Shown in pieces: positions 22,996-26,073 of a DNA stretch of 26,073 nucleotides. The position numbers and the translations under genes were made by a program. The DNA comes from a virus (taxonomy: Duplodnaviria; Heunggongvirae; Uroviricota; Caudoviricetes). Location of the stretch: IMG/VR virus record IMGVR_UViG_3300008110_000029. The stretch is one strand, 5' to 3'. The notes below the pieces were generated by a model. It was given only the letters and a program-made list of their open reading frames with translations. It did no database searches and was not told the origin of the DNA. The first letter of the stretch is position 1; each line of letters starts with the position of its first letter.

Positions 22996-25995
22996 ATGCC
23001 TGATATTGGGCGAGTTGCCGTAGCAGATGCTTTTAGACGCATCATCCTCCAACCAAATAATGTAACTATTTCAGCTGATGATGTTGATGACGGTTTAACT
23101 TTAACCGCGGGCAACTTCATTGAATTCGTGCCTAATGAAGCAGGCGACGCTATTCAAATAAATGCTAACTCTACTATTTCTGCTGCCTTTGAAGGCGGCA
23201 ATGTTCCCCTAGTAACAAACTTTCAAAACAGTCAGGCAGCTACTAATACTACTTCAGGTGCAGTGAGAATTACCGGAGGACTCGGAGTAGGTGGTGCGAT
23301 ATATGCTAGTAGTATACAGGCAACACCGGTTGGATCTGTAACAAAAGCCACAGGCGGATTTACCACACTGACTGCCACCGGAACAACTACATTAGAAGGC
23401 ACTGTTAACATTAACGGTCTTGATGTTACTACTACGATTAGTCCATTAGGAACTGGTTCCGTAGTAATCAATCCAGCCACTGCTGGTACTATTAATAATA
23501 TGAGTATTGGAGCCAGTACAAGAGGAACTGGTGCATTTACTACACTAGCCGCTAATAGTACAACTACGCTAACTGGTGCAGTTGACATCAACGGCAGTAA
23601 TGTCAACACTACAATTTCGCCTACAGGAACTGGTACCGTCACAATACAACCAGCTGGCGGGTTAACTGTTAATCCAACTACCGCTGGTAACATTAATAAT
23701 ACAAACATTGGTGCAAGTACAAGAGGTACTGGTGCATTTACTACGTTAGATGCCAATTCAACTGTTGGTCTTAGTCCATCAAATGCCAATGTAACTATTA
23801 GTCCGACTGGTTCTGGTACTGTCACAATACAACCAGTGGGTGGTTTAACTATTAATCCAACTACCGCTGGTAATATCAATAATACAAATATCGGTGCAAG
23901 TACAAGAGGAACTGGTGCGTTTACTACATTAGATGCCAATTCAACTGTTGGATTAAGTCCTTTAGATGCTAATGTGACCATTAGTCCAACTGGTACTGGA
24001 ACTGTTACAATTAATCCCACAACTGCCGGTAACATCAATAATATCAATATTGGTGCAAGTACTAGAGGTACTGGTGCATTTACTACATTAGGTGCCAATA
24101 GTACTGCAACTTTCACCGGTGTTGTAACTTTTAATACAACTACCAATAATCAAAGTTATACAACGACTGGAGCAGGTACTATCACTGTAAGTTCCGGCAC
24201 AGTTGGTTCTATTGACAATATGAATGTCGGTGCCTCAACTAGAGGAACTGGTGCATTTACTACCTTAGCTGCCAATAATGCTGTCACGCTTTCGGCAGGT
24301 GCTAATAATTCATCATTTACTACCACAGGTGCAGGCGTCCTAACAATTAGTTCTGGAACAGTTGGTTCTATTGACAATATGAATGTTGGAGCCTCAACTA
24401 GAGGTACTGGTGCATTTACTACTCTAGCTGCCAACAGCACAACAACTTTAACAGGAGCAGTCGATGTAAATGGTGCCAATGTTAATACAACATTGTCTCC
24501 GACTGGTACTGGAACAGTTACAATACAACCAGCGGGTGGTTTAACTGTTAATCCAACTACTGCCGGTAACATTAATAATACAAACATCGGTGCAAGTACT
24601 AGAGGTACTGGTGCGTTTACTACATTGGGTGCAAATAGTACAATAAACATAGACACCACAACTAATAATCAAAGTTATACTACCACAGGTGCTGGTGCAA
24701 TTACCATGTCATCTGGGGCTACTGGTTCTATTAATAACATGACAGTTGGTGCTACGACCGCAGCCACAGGAAGATTTACAACTGTTGAATCCACTATAGC
24801 AGATGGTACTGCACCATTTACAGTTGTATCAACTACCAAGGTTAACAATTTACAGGCCAATAGTGCCAGTAAGTTACACACAGCTAGAAACATTGGACTG
24901 TCTGGATTTATTACAGGAACTGCAAGTTTTGACGGAACACAAGACATAACCATAAGTACAACTTCCGGTCTTGATGTTATTACACTAGGGACCAGCACCG
25001 TTGGTCAGTATGCTATTACAGTCGGTGTTAGCGGTAGTGGTTTATCAGCAACTGCACCAAATGCTGCTGACGGAACATCTTATACTATTACGTCTAACGC
25101 TACTTCTGCAAACACTGCTGGTACATTAGTATTTAGAGAAGCGGTAACTGGAAATTTTAGCGCAGGAACAATTAGTGCTGCTATCAATGCTTCAACAATA
25201 TCTGCATCAAGTACAGTGACATTAGATCCAGCAAATGCTAACTTATCGTTAGCACCAACAGGGACTGGCACTGTTACTATCAACCCAGCTACCGCAGGTT
25301 CAATTAATAGAATGAGTATTGGTGTTACAACTAGAGCAGCAGGTAATTTTACAACTCTTGAATCTAACGGACAGACCAGATTCACCGCAGGCTTTGCAAG
25401 TACTAACACAACAACTGGAACATTAGTGGTAACTGGTGGAGTAGGAATCAGCGGAGCATTAAGAGTGGGCGGAGCAATTAATGGCTCTACCTCAATTAGT
25501 ACATCTTCACTTAGTAGTAATACATATACTTTTTCCAGCGGTGTTGGCGGTGGATTAAGACAGGGCATCGCTGGATTCTCGGTTTTTGTCGATGCCTTCA
25601 GTCAATTTAATACTGATACTCAAACAGATTTTGATATCACTTCAGAATTATGGCCATTTAGTAACGGGTACAGCTTTGTAAGGATTAGTTGCATTGCCAT
25701 ATACGAAAATGATTTTGGTGCTCCGACAGCTAGAGCTAGATTGCATAAATCTTGGATCCAAGGACTTTGGTATAACGATGCAACCTCAACCTGGACTATT
25801 GAAGGTGCAGCGTTAGAACACGGTGCATTTAATACGGATTCTACTAACTTTCCAGCAGGAGCAGTTAATGCTGGAAAAGCATTAATTGTAGCTTCAGGAT
25901 CTAGCGTAATATTAAGATTTATAAACAGAAACAGTCCATCAACTAGTTCATTAACTCGTTGGTCATGGAGAGCGGAGGTATTCTATGCTTGGTAA
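22996..25995 (+). CDS. Thr/Gly/Asn-rich repeat virion protein, tail fibre/adhesin-like, 999 aa
   Basis: Seven exact GASTRGTGAFTTL repeats plus 3 degenerate ones; fibre-type motifs ASKLHTARNIGLSG..SFDG and TSANTAGTLV..GNFSAGTISA; C-terminal globular domain. Confidence 0.7.
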   Translation: MPDIGRVAVADAFRRIILQPNNVTISADDVDDGLTLTAGNFIEFVPNEAGDAIQINANSTISAAFEGGNVPLVTNFQNSQAATNTTSGAVRITGGLGVGGAIYASSIQATPVGSVTKATGGFTTLTATGTTTLEGTVNINGLDVTTTISPLGTGSVVINPATAGTINNMSIGASTRGTGAFTTLAANSTTTLTGAVDINGSNVNTTISPTGTGTVTIQPAGGLTVNPTTAGNINNTNIGASTRGTGAFTTLDANSTVGLSPSNANVTISPTGSGTVTIQPVGGLTINPTTAGNINNTNIGASTRGTGAFTTLDANSTVGLSPLDANVTISPTGTGTVTINPTTAGNINNINIGASTRGTGAFTTLGANSTATFTGVVTFNTTTNNQSYTTTGAGTITVSSGTVGSIDNMNVGASTRGTGAFTTLAANNAVTLSAGANNSSFTTTGAGVLTISSGTVGSIDNMNVGASTRGTGAFTTLAANSTTTLTGAVDVNGANVNTTLSPTGTGTVTIQPAGGLTVNPTTAGNINNTNIGASTRGTGAFTTLGANSTINIDTTTNNQSYTTTGAGAITMSSGATGSINNMTVGATTAATGRFTTVESTIADGTAPFTVVSTTKVNNLQANSASKLHTARNIGLSGFITGTASFDGTQDITISTTSGLDVITLGTSTVGQYAITVGVSGSGLSATAPNAADGTSYTITSNATSANTAGTLVFREAVTGNFSAGTISAAINASTISASSTVTLDPANANLSLAPTGTGTVTINPATAGSINRMSIGVTTRAAGNFTTLESNGQTRFTAGFASTNTTTGTLVVTGGVGISGALRVGGAINGSTSISTSSLSSNTYTFSSGVGGGLRQGIAGFSVFVDAFSQFNTDTQTDFDITSELWPFSNGYSFVRISCIAIYENDFGAPTARARLHKSWIQGLWYNDATSTWTIEGAALEHGAFNTDSTNFPAGAVNAGKALIVASGSSVILRFINRNSPSTSSLTRWSWRAEVFYAW

Positions 25996-26073
25996 TAAAA
26001 AAGATTTATTGTTTAGAACTAATCAAAATATAAACGGAAAATCTATTGAAATAAGAAAATACAGTGAACGCAC

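Noticed and set aside
23490-24630. Regularly recurring DNA repeats suggestive of CRISPR
   Set aside because: They lie in frame in a 999-aa ORF, vary at synonymous positions and have related, non-unique spacers; no cas genes.
23232-25568. Long minus-strand Val/Pro-rich ORFs
   Set aside because: Antisense shadows of the Thr/Gly-rich repeat gene, caused by its codon bias.

Overview
AT-rich segment of a large dsDNA tailed phage genome, standard genetic code. The omega-like protein suggests a proteobacterial host (inference). Left (1-6423): five radical SAM/twitch-SPASM genes in two convergent blocks, with a PIG-L deacetylase and a putative glycosyltransferase-like gene. Middle (6518-17610): a consensus sigma70 promoter drives a 46-aa leader ORF, missing from the ORF track, that uses all 20 amino acids and 38 different codons. 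It overlaps mutually exclusive antiterminator/terminator hairpins, so it looks like a ribosome-coupled attenuator. Downstream are 28 CCA-ending tRNA genes covering all 20 amino acids, including Arg(UCG), a UAU tRNA with a 29-nt variable arm and two short-arm Leu tRNAs. The array also holds a 111-nt tRNA-like RNA, several unexplained structured RNAs, minigenes, a PD-(D/E)xK nuclease, two SGNH hydrolases and an RNA polymerase omega subunit. Right: two phosphatases, a histone-like protein, thyX, hypothetical genes and a 999-aa Thr/Gly-rich repeat tail-fibre-like protein. Lead hypothesis: an attenuator that senses general translation failure and switches on a self-sufficient phage tRNA set. All family calls come from motifs read by eye; no searches were run.
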